Origin: a plasmid
Direction: 5' to 3' (one strand)
Sequence record: NZ_CP093377.1
Length of the DNA: 64,000 nt
Both the position numbers and the translations under genes were made by a program. The notes below the pieces were generated by a model, which saw only the letters and a program-made list of their open reading frames with translations, made no database searches and was not told the DNA's origin. Shown here piece by piece: positions 1 to 9,533 of the stretch; within the stretch, counting starts at the first letter, position 1; each line of letters begins with the position of its first letter.

Positions 1-1
1 A

Positions 2-181
2 GACGAACGCACGCTGGTCGTTGTGGCACTGCAGGCGCTGCACCGTGAGAGACTGACCGCATCAAATGCCGTCTTTACGGTCTGTAGTCTGGCCGGAAAA
101 AAGCAGCCGCCGGAAGATATTTTTGGGCTGCGTGAAGTTCAGGATGCGCTGAGACGTATCGGTGCTGCACCTGCGCGTTAA
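2..181 (+). CDS. 3' end of unknown leading-region protein (59 aa, truncated by window start)
   Basis: Open frame 2 runs from position 2 to TAA at 179-181. No recognisable motif. Confidence 0.3.
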   Translation, partial: DERTLVVVALQALHRERLTASNAVFTVCSLAGKKQPPEDIFGLREVQDALRRIGAAPAR

Positions 182-374
182 ATCCGGCCCCGTACACTTC
201 AGAACTAAAAAACGGCAGGCTGATATCGTGTCCCTGCCGCCATACATTACCTCGTCCTTATCCTCTGCCTCCTCCTCCTGAATAAAAAGGAAGTCGTTTC
301 TCTCCGCTTTATTGCCGCCAGCCGGCGGCGTGTTCAACGCCGTGCCTTCACGCTAACCCGGCCGCTGCGGTCGC

Positions 375-520
375 AAGGGTTCACGTTGTCTCCGTCCTCA
401 CCCGTTCGCACCTTTCACGGTGCATTCAGCCCGTGAAAGGCTTGCGCTGCGGCTTGCGGCGTCGCCCCTGCGCCCTCCGCTCAGAGCCGGGTTTTTGTGG
501 CGGCACGGCGCAAGAGGGTG
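375..520 (+). promoter_or_regulatory. Structured repeat copy A1 (putative ssDNA promoter/ssi-like element) upstream of the methyltransferase
   Basis: About 130 bp nearly identical to 2105-2235. Contains a perfect 10-bp hairpin (cctttcacgg N10 ccgtgaaagg). Sits directly 5' of a leading-region gene. Confidence 0.4.
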
Positions 521-545
521 CCGCATATCAGAGAGGAGTGTGTCT

Positions 546-1238
546 ATGTCCCGTTTTATTCTGGGTGACTGCGTGCAGGTGATGTCCCGTTTTCCGGCGC
601 GTGCCGTCGATTTTATTCTTACCGATCCGCCGTATCTGGTTGGCTATAAGGACCGTACCGGGCGCACCCTGGCCGGGGACAACTCTGCCGAATGGCTCCA
701 GCCCGCCTGTCATGAAATGTACCGCGTGCTGAAAAATGACAGCCTCATGGTGAGTTTCTATGCCTGGAACCGCGCGGATCTGTTTCTGAATGCGTGGAAA
801 ACGGCCGGTTTCCGGGTGGTTGGCCATATCGTCTTTACCAAGAGCTACGCCTCAAAATCGACGTTCGTGGGTTACACGCACGAGAGCGCCTACCTGCTGG
901 CTAAGGGGAGGCCGCAAACCCCGGACCGTCCCATCCCGGACGTGATCCCCTGGAAATACACGGGCAACCGACACCACCCGACGGAGAAGCCGGTGCAGAG
1001 CCTGCGACCGCTGATTGAATCGCTCACGCGTCCCGGGGCCATTGTCCTTGACCCGTTCGCCGGCAGCGGCTCCACCTGCGTGGCCGCCGCCGAAGCCAGC
1101 CGCCGCTATATCGGGATCGAGATGCTTGAGGAGTACCACGCCGCCGGCGTCCGCCGTCTGGCACAGGTTGAACGGGCGAGAAGGATGCCGGCGGCCAATG
1201 ACGGCGCGTTTTACCCTGACTGGCCGGAGGCAGCATGA
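546..1238 (+). CDS. Orphan N6-adenine DNA methyltransferase (DPPY motif) of the leading region
   Basis: ORF 420..1238 with internal ATG at 546 preceded by GAGAGGAG. Motifs FILTDPPY, PTEKP and DPFAGSGST match ParB-associated/Dam-like N6 methyltransferases. Confidence 0.85.
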   Translation: MSRFILGDCVQVMSRFPARAVDFILTDPPYLVGYKDRTGRTLAGDNSAEWLQPACHEMYRVLKNDSLMVSFYAWNRADLFLNAWKTAGFRVVGHIVFTKSYASKSTFVGYTHESAYLLAKGRPQTPDRPIPDVIPWKYTGNRHHPTEKPVQSLRPLIESLTRPGAIVLDPFAGSGSTCVAAAEASRRYIGIEMLEEYHAAGVRRLAQVERARRMPAANDGAFYPDWPEAA

Positions 1239-1456
1239 ATTACCCGGGACTTGAACACCTGCGCGCGGACGTGGCCGCGCTCAGCAATGCCATGTGTGAC
1301 GTGCGGATGATGCTGAACCGCCTCGAATCACAGCACCGGCACGATGCGGCAACGCTTACCGAACGTATGGCTGCGCAGACTCTGCGCCGGATCAACACCC
1401 TGCTTCTGGAAGCCTACCGCGAAGCCCTGGTGCTGGACGAAACCTTTCAGGACTGA
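1235..1456 (+). CDS. Hypothetical protein, 73 aa, start overlaps the methyltransferase stop (ATGA)
   Basis: ORF track; translational-coupling overlap. Confidence 0.5.
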   Translation: MNYPGLEHLRADVAALSNAMCDVRMMLNRLESQHRHDAATLTERMAAQTLRRINTLLLEAYREALVLDETFQD

Positions 1457-1511
1457 CTGACCCTGCCGGGCTGATGCCCGGCCTGTAACCCCTTACAAGA
1501 GAGAAAAAACG

Positions 1512-1934
1512 ATGTACGGAACCCGCGAAGAACTTTGTGTACAGCTTGAAAACATGTTCACGTCTGACGAGCCCCTGGTCCTGCTGGTCTGGACGGAAGA
1601 GGGGATAAGCGTGGCCTGCCGTGAAGCCCAGCCAGAACCGGACGGGGCTGAAATCCGGGAGGTGATGAAGGCGCTCGGCGAAATGAAAATGACGCAATAC
1701 CGTCAGCAGGGGGTAAATAATCTGACCATTAGCGACCTTCTGACCCGTCAGCGCGAAGCGGCAAACCGTCAGGTGAGTGTTCCGGCGGTACTCCTGTCAC
1801 GTGTCCTGCGTAACTATGAATGCGAGCTGGAAAACCGGATCGGTATGGCCTGGGAAGCCGGGCGGCAGGAGCCGGAATCCGTCAGGGATGAGCTGAATAA
1901 CGTTCGCGCCCTACAGGAGACGCTGGCCGCCTGA
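1512..1934 (+). CDS. Hypothetical leading-region protein, 140 aa
   Basis: ORF track; the RBS-like string gagagaaaaaacg lies before the ATG. Confidence 0.5.
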   Translation: MYGTREELCVQLENMFTSDEPLVLLVWTEEGISVACREAQPEPDGAEIREVMKALGEMKMTQYRQQGVNNLTISDLLTRQREAANRQVSVPAVLLSRVLRNYECELENRIGMAWEAGRQEPESVRDELNNVRALQETLAA

Positions 1935-2104
1935 GAGAACGCCGGGGTAACGCCCCGGCAACCGGTGGCCATCCACTGCGAATAAGGATGTCAGTGCCTT
2001 CCGCTTTTATCCGCCGCCGCCCTCCGGGCTACGTCGGGACAATGAAACTCCCCTGAAGCTCCGTGCGGTGACGGCATGCGCCGTGACTTCACTGTAGCCC
2101 GGCC

Positions 2105-2235
2105 GCATCGGCCACAAGGGTTCGCTGACGCCTCCGTCCTCACCCGTTCGCACCCTTCACGGTGCATTCAGCCCGTGAAGGCTTTGCGCTGCGGCTTGCG
2201 GCGTCGCCCCTGTGTCCTCCGCTTTTCGCCGGTCT
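2105..2235 (+). promoter_or_regulatory. Structured repeat copy A2 (putative ssDNA promoter/ssi-like element) upstream of the antirestriction-like gene
   Basis: Same hairpin-containing sequence as 375-520. Confidence 0.4.
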
Positions 2236-2289
2236 GTCGTGTCGTCACGGCGATGCCGGAACCGAGAATATGTTAACCGTGGAGGATCT

Positions 2290-2718
2290 ATGAACCAGAC
2301 CGTGACCTGTGATGCTGTTCGTCTTGAGGGTGCGCAGCGCCTGACTTTCCTGCCTGATTTGTTTGGCGGCGATTTTATGACGTCCGAGGCATCCGTGTAC
2401 GCCTACGCCGGGCGTTACTGCCCTGAGTATCAGGGGGGATTCTGGCAGTTTTACCGGCTGCCGGAAGGCGGCGGATATATGGCACCTGACGTGGAGAGCC
2501 TGACCCTGTGCAATCGGGACAACTGGTTTGAGCAGACTGTCAGCGGGGAAGTGGCGGGGATCATCCTCACGGCACTGGTACTGAATCACCGGAGCTGGCA
2601 CCACAGTAACCATGACCATGAGGAGCTGTGCCGCCACTTCTGCCGCCGTTATGAGCAGCTTATGGCATTTGCTGATACCCATCCGGAAAGCGCCACCATC
2701 TGGCGTGCCCTTGACTGA
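2290..2718 (+). CDS. Antirestriction-family protein (ArdB/KlcA/YubI-like), 142 aa
   Basis: ATG at 2290 after GGAGGA. Aromatic-rich motifs (GGFWQFYRLPEGGGY, SGEVAGIILTALVL) resemble the Antirestrict family found in IncF leading regions. Confidence 0.55.
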   Translation: MNQTVTCDAVRLEGAQRLTFLPDLFGGDFMTSEASVYAYAGRYCPEYQGGFWQFYRLPEGGGYMAPDVESLTLCNRDNWFEQTVSGEVAGIILTALVLNHRSWHHSNHDHEELCRHFCRRYEQLMAFADTHPESATIWRALD

Positions 2719-2760
2719 CTGACCACGGGCGGCGATGCCGCCCGATTAAAGGATAAAAAC

Positions 2761-2958
2761 ATGCAACTGTCACCGGAAACCCGCAGCATCCTGCGCCAGT
2801 ATAAAACGCTCATCAACGAGCGACGTCGCGAATCAGGACTCAGCCCCGTAACAACAGCGAAAGTGCTGGATGAGATCTGCGAATCGGCTACCCGACAGTG
2901 TGCCGCCTATCTTTGCGGCCACTTCATTCTCCAGGGCGGCCAGGGGGATGGACAATAA
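2761..2958 (+). CDS. Hypothetical protein, 65 aa
   Basis: ORF track only. Confidence 0.35.
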   Translation: MQLSPETRSILRQYKTLINERRRESGLSPVTTAKVLDEICESATRQCAAYLCGHFILQGGQGDGQ

Positions 2959-3135
2959 ATAATCCGGGCGGGGCATAGGCGCCGCCTGTTCGCGCGCGAA
3001 AACCCTGTCATCCCTTCGGGCTGACGGGCGGCAAGGCCAGCGCCTGCGGCGCTGCCCCCTCCCGCCCTGATGTTAGCCCGGGGCAATGCAGATGAAAACC
3101 CTTGTGAGGGCAAATTGTCACGGATACGGTCCTGC

Positions 3136-3175
3136 GTGGCGTGGCGTGGCGTGGCGTGGCGTGGCGTGGCGTGGC
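3136..3175. repeat. Pentanucleotide microsatellite (GTGGC)x8
   Basis: Eight perfect tandem GTGGC units, counted directly. Confidence 0.9.
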
Positions 3176-3189
3176 GTTGTCGCCAGCTC

Positions 3190-3735
3190 TGAAACCCGAT
3201 CAGCAAATCCTCTGAAAACACCTGAATCCTTCTTCTGGCCCCCTTCGGCTCCCGGCCCGCGTGGCGGTCCGGTCGTCGAGCCCCACTCCGCCAGGTCGGC
3301 TGCTGACGCACCCGCCGGGCTCCGCCGAACCCGCAGGCGGTTTCGGGCTGACGCTAGGGTCTGATGGCTGAGGTCAACCCCCTGGCTTGCACCGGCCGGA
3401 GGCCGGGCCGCCCTGACCGCGCCGGCGGAGCCGTCGCTTTAAGGCCGCCACGCCGTTCCGACGTGTCGGGTGCGTGCATCCTGTTCTCCCGGTGAGGCCA
3501 TCCCCCGTGCGTCCTCACGCGGAGGGCTGCTTGTAGCACCGTCGTGTCGTCATCCGAAGGGTGAAATGCACGCCGCCAAAACTTTTTGCGTGCCGCAAAA
3601 ACTTTTGTCTGCGCCCTTCTTCTGCCGCCCCGCCGTTGCTCCTTTTGCCCTTTGCCGCGAGAGAACTCACCAGGGAGATGGCCAACCATCACCACAGGAG
3701 AAAACCAGGATGCACACACAAAACGTCAACGTCAA
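3190..3735 (+). repeat. Large direct repeat copy R1, ending in the RBS and first ~15 codons of the downstream gene
   Basis: About 500 bp near-identical to 8470-8976 and 11720-12214. GC-rich with internal partial palindromes (ccggccggaggccgg; ttttgcgtgccgcaaaa). Confidence 0.85.
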
Positions 3736-3982
3736 AACCGCCGCTCAGGAATCTTCCAGGAAGATGGGGGAAGAGCAAAACCCTGTTTCTGTCGCGCGTG
3801 AGTGGGTGGCTCAGGCCACTTCGCTGAAGGCGGGGGTCACCGTCACCCTGTCCGACGTTTCCCGATATGGCGACGTGCAGGTGGAGATCCGCACCAACGG
3901 AACGCTTAACTGGCGCGCCTGGTCGTTTGAACCGGATTTTCTTTTTGAACTGAAACGCAACCTGCAATACGTGCAGCTTTAA
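3710..3982 (+). CDS. Hypothetical protein, member 1 of the MHTQNVNVKTAA 5'-module family (90 aa)
   Basis: ATG at 3710 after GGAGAAAACCAGG. N-terminus MHTQNVNVKTAAQESS is shared with the ORFs at 8951 and 12188; the C-terminus is unique. Confidence 0.6.
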   Translation: MHTQNVNVKTAAQESSRKMGEEQNPVSVAREWVAQATSLKAGVTVTLSDVSRYGDVQVEIRTNGTLNWRAWSFEPDFLFELKRNLQYVQL

Positions 3983-4025
3983 CCGGAGGCCGGATGTCCG
4001 GCCTTAACCCAGAGAAGGAGGAAAC

Positions 4026-4391
4026 ATGCAGAACCTTAACACCCGTCCGGCGACCCGTAAGGTCGGGCAGAGCACCGAAATCGTGAAGCTGCTGCGCATT
4101 CAGGCCAGCGACACCCACGTGGTCGAGTTTGACAACGTGGACACCCGTTTTAACGACTGCAACAACTGGCAGGTGATGGCAGGGGACAAACGTGTCCTGT
4201 TCAGCAACCGCATGTATGAACGTTTTTCAGATGTGAAATCGGGGATTCTGGCAACGATCAACGTATGTGAAAACTGCGCCAGCGAAACGGATAAAGCGAT
4301 GCTGGAAGGGGCAAAAGTCATGATGCAGGTACTCGACGGCTATCCGTCCTTTGCAGCACTGGCTGCACACCCGAAACGTATTACCGGTTAA
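4026..4391 (+). CDS. Hypothetical leading-region protein, 121 aa
   Basis: ORF track; RBS GAGAAGGAGGAAAC before the ATG. Confidence 0.6.
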   Translation: MQNLNTRPATRKVGQSTEIVKLLRIQASDTHVVEFDNVDTRFNDCNNWQVMAGDKRVLFSNRMYERFSDVKSGILATINVCENCASETDKAMLEGAKVMMQVLDGYPSFAALAAHPKRITG

Positions 4392-4458
4392 CCGGGTGCC
4401 GTGACCGGATCGCACTCCGGCCACGGCGGACCATCACTTAAACACAGGAGTAAAAATC

Positions 4459-6471
4459 ATGGCCACCACCAATACTACGGCAAAAAAACCTGCGAAATCC
4501 ACCTCTGCGAAAAAGACAGCGGAGAAAATCGCGCAGACTACCGAGCAGAAGCTCGTTCAGCTGCTCGCTGATACGCCCGTGCAAATCTTCCCGTACTCCC
4601 GCCTGTCACGCACTGACTTAAACACGCGCATTATTCCGCATACCGATCAGGAAGTGGAAGAGATGGCAGACAGCATTCAGGCAATGGGCATCCTGCAAAA
4701 CCTGATCGGTGCAGAACTGCCGGACGGTACGATCGGCATTGTCGGCGGGGAAGGTCGCCGCAGGGGCACAGGCATTCTGGTGATGCGCGGTGTGCTCGAT
4801 GCAGACACGCCGTTTGTTCCGGTGAAAGTCCTGCCCGTGGAGATGGCGGTGGCGGCCTCGATGATCGAGAACGGTCGACGTAAACACATGCATCCCGCCG
4901 AGCAGATTATCGGTTTTCGTACCCTTCAGCAGGAAGGTAAAACGGCTTCTCAGATCGGCGCACTGATGGGCTATCACCCGCGCCACGTTCAGCGCTGCCT
5001 GAAACTGGCGAATCTTGCCCCCTCCCTGCTGGATGCGCTGGCGCGGGATGAAATCTCCCTTGAACAGTGTGAAGTCCTGACCCTTGCTGATACCCATGAG
5101 CGTCAGGAGCAGGTCTGGAAAGAGGCTGTTGTACAGTGGCGCGATCCTGCCGTACAGACCCTGCGCAAAATGGTGACCGACGACAAGATGGCCATCAGTC
5201 ACCCGATGTTTGAATTTGTGGGCGAGGAAGCCTATACCGCCGCTGGCGGTACGCTGACCGCCGACCTGTTCAGCGACAGGGACAGCACCTTTGCCGATGC
5301 GGCGCTGGTGAAATCCCTGCTGGCTGGCAAGCTCACCGTGCTTGCCGCCCGCCTTCAGCAGGAGCAGGGCTGGGGCTGGTCAGAATTCCGTATGACGGAA
5401 CTCAGCCACAGCGGCGAGGACAGGGAACAGTACCGCTTTGCCATGCCGGAACCTGTTCTGACCGAAGATGAGCTGCAACGTATTAACGAGCTGGAAGATG
5501 CAATTGAAGGATGTATGGCGTATGACGACGAATACGAGCTTCAGCAGCAGATTGACGATATTCACTGCGAGGCGACTTATCGCGAAGCCACGCCGGAATT
5601 TCGCGCCGCGCACGGAATCTGGGTGTCATGGGATGGTGACAGTTTTCAGGTTCAGCCTGGTATCCGCAGGCTGACCGACGAAGACCGGGCAGCAGAAGAA
5701 CAGGCGCGTCAGGAGCGTGAAAAGAACGTAATCAGACACACCACGCCTGACATTCCCGCTGACGCCTATCCGGCAACGCTGGTTAAGGCCATGTCTGCGG
5801 AGCGCACTCTTGCCGTTCAGGCGGAACTGGCGGGTCGCCCCGATGTATCGGTGGCGCTCCTGACGTGGACGCTGTGTCTTGCGCTCTTTGATCGCACCTA
5901 CGGTAAACGCAGCGAACCGCTGAAAGCCTATGTGACCTCGAATCAGTATCACCTTGCATCACTGGCGCCTTCCGGTGAAACAGGGAAGGCGCTGACGGCG
6001 CTCAGGGCACAGAAAAAAGCGCTTCAGGCAACGCTGCCCGAAAACTGGCATCTCGATTTCACCTGGCTGCTGTCATGGTCAGCAGAGCAGGTGAACACCC
6101 TGCTGGGATTCTGTGCCGCGCACGGTATCAACGGTATTCAGGAACGTATGTATAACCATACGCAGAAAAGCGAACTGGACGGGCTGGAAGCGGCGCTGGA
6201 CTTTGACCTGCGCAAGTGGTGGCAACCGGGGGCTGAGAGCTACTTCGGCAAGCTCACGATTTCCCAGATTGGCAAAGCCTATGAAGAAGCCGGACTGAGT
6301 GCCCGTGCAGGTGAAGTTGTGAAGCTCAGGCGCCGCGATGCGGCAAAGGCCGCCGAACAGGATCTGAATGCTCAGGGCTGGCTGCCTGACTGGATGGTGC
6401 GCACAGCGCCAGCCGCTGAGGCTGAAGAAGCCACTGAATCCGACGCTGATATCACTGACCACGCTGCTTAA
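4459..6471 (+). CDS. ParB-like nuclease-domain protein (YubM-like), 670 aa
   Basis: Large leading-region ORF with a lysine-rich N-terminus and ParB/Srx-like region. It lies immediately upstream of psiB, as in F-like plasmids. Confidence 0.7.
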   Translation: MATTNTTAKKPAKSTSAKKTAEKIAQTTEQKLVQLLADTPVQIFPYSRLSRTDLNTRIIPHTDQEVEEMADSIQAMGILQNLIGAELPDGTIGIVGGEGRRRGTGILVMRGVLDADTPFVPVKVLPVEMAVAASMIENGRRKHMHPAEQIIGFRTLQQEGKTASQIGALMGYHPRHVQRCLKLANLAPSLLDALARDEISLEQCEVLTLADTHERQEQVWKEAVVQWRDPAVQTLRKMVTDDKMAISHPMFEFVGEEAYTAAGGTLTADLFSDRDSTFADAALVKSLLAGKLTVLAARLQQEQGWGWSEFRMTELSHSGEDREQYRFAMPEPVLTEDELQRINELEDAIEGCMAYDDEYELQQQIDDIHCEATYREATPEFRAAHGIWVSWDGDSFQVQPGIRRLTDEDRAAEEQARQEREKNVIRHTTPDIPADAYPATLVKAMSAERTLAVQAELAGRPDVSVALLTWTLCLALFDRTYGKRSEPLKAYVTSNQYHLASLAPSGETGKALTALRAQKKALQATLPENWHLDFTWLLSWSAEQVNTLLGFCAAHGINGIQERMYNHTQKSELDGLEAALDFDLRKWWQPGAESYFGKLTISQIGKAYEEAGLSARAGEVVKLRRRDAAKAAEQDLNAQGWLPDWMVRTAPAAEAEEATESDADITDHAA

Positions 6472-6508
6472 TACCAGAGGCCGCCGCCTTCGGGCGGCGG
6501 GAACAGAC

Positions 6509-6943
6509 ATGACCATGCAATATGACCTGAACCGAATCAACACCCTGACCGCCACAGACCTGGAGTTTATCCGTCAGCAGGGCGAGGACGCGCGCCGCGC
6601 CCTCAGCGATGCCGTGACCGGCCTCCTGTCGGCACCTGAAGGATGGCGCGTCTGCGCCGAGTTCCGCAGCGAGTTCGGCGATTTCTTCCCCGTCCAGTGC
6701 CGCTTCAGCGCGGACGGCAGTGATGACTGGCATCTGTGCGTGTGCAGCCCCGGCGAAGTCTCGCCTTACTGGCTTCTGGTGCTGCTCTCCTCCGGCGGTG
6801 AAGTGGTGCGTACCCTTTACCAGAGCGACACGCTACAGCCTGACCGGATAAACCAGCTGATCGCGCAGCTGGCAGGTATGCGCCGCTTTAACTGCACTGC
6901 CAGCACCGTGGCGAACCTGATGAGCGGGGAGGTGACAGCATGA
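6509..6943 (+). CDS. psiB: Plasmid SOS-inhibition protein PsiB
   Basis: Motifs FGDFFPVQCRF, HLCVCSPGEVS and WLLVLLSSGGE match F PsiB (FGGFFPVQVRF, LALCSPGDVS, VLVLVNAGGE). Confidence 0.9.
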   Translation: MTMQYDLNRINTLTATDLEFIRQQGEDARRALSDAVTGLLSAPEGWRVCAEFRSEFGDFFPVQCRFSADGSDDWHLCVCSPGEVSPYWLLVLLSSGGEVVRTLYQSDTLQPDRINQLIAQLAGMRRFNCTASTVANLMSGEVTA

Positions 6944-7686
6944 TCCCGTCCTCACACGCGCTCGTTTCCCTGAAACCCGCCCGTCAGGCTGCAATACAGG
7001 CTATCAGCCATGTTGAGTCTGCCCGCGAACGCGGCGCACGACTGCCCGCCATGCCGTATGTGCGTACCTTTCTGCGCTTGCTCACGGGCAGCGGTCGCCT
7101 CAACGCCACGGTGGCCAGTAAAATACCTGGCCTGCACTGGGTGCCAGATAACCGTCATTCGAACCTGAAACAGGTCGAGGAGGCGCTTAACACGATGATC
7201 GCCACCAGTGGCGAAGCCTGCCCGCTGCCGCTCACGACTGACGTACAGGCCGAACTGTTCCCGGAAGTCATGCACACCCGCACGGGGCGACGGCTGCACA
7301 GATCCAGCATTAAGACCACGCGTCAGCTTCGCCGCCAGTCCCGTCAGTACGAACAGCGCTGGAAACTGCGCCAGAACCTGCTGGAGCAGGCGAAAATCGA
7401 CCTGAATTTTCAGTCACCGGAAACCGTCTGCACCTGGTACACCCGGTGGAGCGACGAGTTTGACGCGGCAGAGCTTGCCGGACCGTTCTGGCGCTGGCAG
7501 TCGCGGTTCGCGTCGCTGAAGGAACTTGACTGGCTTCGCATCAGCGGTGAGCCGCTGTATGCAGTGATGTACGAAATCCCGTTTATTGTCCGGGAAACAC
7601 CTGAGCATGTTCGTGTCGCTGAACGCTGGCAGGTGCCGAATAAGTTGCAAAATCAGCAGGGGGAAGGGGCGCATCAGAAGTCATGA
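6940..7686 (+). CDS. psiA: Plasmid SOS-inhibition protein PsiA
   Basis: Start overlaps the psiB stop. Length 248 aa; motifs LPLTTDVQAELFPEV and GPFWRW resemble F PsiA. Confidence 0.8.
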   Translation: MIPSSHALVSLKPARQAAIQAISHVESARERGARLPAMPYVRTFLRLLTGSGRLNATVASKIPGLHWVPDNRHSNLKQVEEALNTMIATSGEACPLPLTTDVQAELFPEVMHTRTGRRLHRSSIKTTRQLRRQSRQYEQRWKLRQNLLEQAKIDLNFQSPETVCTWYTRWSDEFDAAELAGPFWRWQSRFASLKELDWLRISGEPLYAVMYEIPFIVRETPEHVRVAERWQVPNKLQNQQGEGAHQKS

Positions 7687-7834
7687 GGATATATACAGTT
7701 TTTGGACTGTTATTCCTGGGCAGATGATCGACAACGGGATATAATGGCGATGGCGCTTGAGGCTTTTTGCCTCATGATGTGAAGGTGGTTTGTTGTCGTG
7801 TTGTGTGGCAGAAAGCAGAAAGCCCCGTAGTTAA

Positions 7835-7900
7835 TTTTCATTAACCCACGAGGCCCCCTGTATGTCTCAACAACAACAGTATGGCCTCTTACCGTGCTTA
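7835..7900 (-). ncRNA. sok: Putative Sok-type antisense RNA of the hok/sok post-segregational killing locus
   Basis: Expected position antisense to the mok start, upstream of hok. Boundaries were not determined. Confidence 0.3.
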
Positions 7901-8077
7901 ATGCAAGGAGGAGTAAACCATGAAACTGCCGCGAAGTACCGTTATCTGGTGCGTACTGATAGTGTGTCTCACACTGCTGATATTCACTTACCTGACGCGA
8001 AAATCGCTTTGCGAAATTCGCCTGAGGGACGGACAACGGGAGGTCGCTGCAATTCTGGCTTACGAATCCAACGGTAA
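7862..8077 (+). CDS. mok: Mok (modulation of killing) reading frame overlapping hok
   Basis: A 71-aa ORF overlapping hok in another frame, the typical hok/mok arrangement. Confidence 0.55.
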   Translation: MSQQQQYGLLPCLMQGGVNHETAAKYRYLVRTDSVSHTADIHLPDAKIALRNSPEGRTTGGRCNSGLRIQR

Positions 8078-8081
8078 GTAG
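7920..8081 (+). CDS. hok: Hok-family membrane toxin (53 aa)
   Basis: Translation [53 protein letters not shown] is near-identical to Hok/FlmA. RBS AAGGAGGAG precedes the ATG. Confidence 0.9.
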   Translation: MKLPRSTVIWCVLIVCLTLLIFTYLTRKSLCEIRLRDGQREVAAILAYESNGK

Positions 8082-8085
8082 CAAC

Positions 8086-8112
8086 CTGGAGGCGGGGGAA
8101 ACCCCGCCTTTT
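8086..8112 (+). terminator. Rho-independent terminator after hok
   Basis: GGAGGCGGGGG aaa CCCCGCCTTTT stem followed by a T-run. Confidence 0.7.
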
Positions 8113-8189
8113 CAGGGCTGAGTTGCTCTGACATACCTGAAGCGCCTTTATGAAGGGGTTGCCGGTTCGCCGTCAGCCCCTTTTTCCTT

Positions 8190-8976
8190 CCCGACGCGAC
8201 CGCACGCCTGAACCTCCGGGAAGGGCTGTTCCCCTGCGGGGAACGGGGGAAGGGGGACGCGCCTCCGGCGCTGCCCCTCTGCTCCCTCTGCCTGAGCCTC
8301 CCTCCTGCCTGTCCTGCCTGATTTTGTTGAATTCGAAACTCCGTGAGCTACCTGCTCATACCTGGCTTCGGCCTGGTGTGCCCGATGTTCTTTAGCCTGT
8401 GCGTCATATCCGGCGTCCTGCCGGTTAACTTTCGCATCTGCAGCTGTATGGCCATAACCCGAAAACAGGGCAGGGCGATGGCCCCCTTCGGCTCCCGGCC
8501 AGCGCTGCTGTCCGGTCGTCAAGCCCCACTCCGCCAGGGCGGCTGCTGCGCACCCGCCAGGCTCCGCCGAACCCCTCCGGGTTTCGGGCTGACGCTAGGG
8601 TCTGATGGCTGAGGTCAACCCCCTGGCTTGCACCGGCCGGAGGCCGGGCCGCCCTGACCGCGCCGGCGGAGCCGTCGCTTTAAGGCCGCCACGCCGTTCC
8701 GACGTGTCGGGTGTGTGCATCCTGTTCTCCCGGTGAGGCCATCCCCCGTGCGTCCTCACGCGGAGGGCTGCTTGTAGCACCGTCGTGTCGTCATCCGAAG
8801 GGTGAAATGCACTCCGCCAAAACTTTTTGCGTGCCGCAAAAACTTTTGTCTGCGCCCTTCTCCTGCCGCCCCGCCGTTGCTCCTTTTGCCCTTTGCCGCG
8901 AGAGAACTCACCAGGGAGATGGACAACCATCACCACAGGAGAAAACCAGGATGCACACACAAAACGTCAACGTCAA
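8190..8976 (+). repeat. Large direct repeat copy R2
   Basis: 8470-8976 is near-identical to R1 and R3. The extra 5' part (8190-8470) is shared with R3 only. Confidence 0.85.
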
Positions 8977-9265
8977 AACCGCCGCTCCCGAATCTTCCAG
9001 GAAGATAGAGGGAAAAACCGTGTCGTACACGATCCTCGTCGCTGAGCAGAAAAAAAACTCAGCGGAGGAACCTGATGTTCTGGAGTTCAGCAGCCTGGCT
9101 GAGCTGAAGAAACTGCGCAGACGCTGCCCCGAAACGATGCGCTGCACCTATTTCTACGCCCTCAGCAGCGGCGTCGATAAACAGTTCCGCCATATCCATG
9201 TGGCTGAAGCTGACCACTTCAAACAGTTTGTGCGCCTGATCGCGCGCGCAGGTATCGACATTTAA
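8951..9265 (+). CDS. Hypothetical protein, member 2 of the MHTQNVNVKTAA family (104 aa)
   Basis: ATG at 8951 inside repeat R2. The N-terminal 13 aa are shared; the C-terminus is different. Confidence 0.6.
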   Translation: MHTQNVNVKTAAPESSRKIEGKTVSYTILVAEQKKNSAEEPDVLEFSSLAELKKLRRRCPETMRCTYFYALSSGVDKQFRHIHVAEADHFKQFVRLIARAGIDI

Positions 9266-9326
9266 ATCCGGTTTCACCCCGTGCGGCAGCCGCCGCCCGG
9301 AACTTAATCAGACAGGAGCCAGAAGC

Positions 9327-9533
9327 TTGAGCGTTAACACCCCGACCGCAAAGGCCCGTTACGAAAATGGGCATATGTCAGACCCTGAGCCTAAAACAGC
9401 CTCTCTCATTGCGATTTATGGCAATGAGGTGAGCTATGCATGGAACGTTCTGGAGGATTTGAAAGCTGCAGGTGCTTCTTATACCCGCAGAAACATTATC
9501 GCCGATATGTTCCGCCGTCTGGGTGTTCAGTAA
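9327..9533 (+). CDS. Hypothetical protein (68 aa, TTG start), M(S/N)VNTPTA family
   Basis: ORF track. The upstream ~50 bp and first 8 codons duplicate those of the ORF at 9611. Confidence 0.35.
   Translation: MSVNTPTAKARYENGHMSDPEPKTASLIAIYGNEVSYAWNVLEDLKAAGASYTRRNIIADMFRRLGVQ

Noticed and set aside
890-1254. Small ORFs on both strands within the methyltransferase gene
   Set aside because: They overlap a well-supported CDS in alternative frames with Pro/Arg-rich translations.
3136-3175. Possible CRISPR array at the GTGGC tandem repeat
   Set aside because: The unit is 5 nt with no spacers. It is a simple microsatellite, not a CRISPR.
3354-3719. Minus-strand ORFs of 61-121 aa (MCASWFSPVVMV...) inside repeats R1, R2 and R3 (also 8595..8960 and 11994..12197)
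   Set aside because: Arg/Gly-rich translations of GC-rich non-coding repeat DNA with no RBS. They are conserved only because the DNA repeat is conserved, and they are antisense to the real downstream gene starts.
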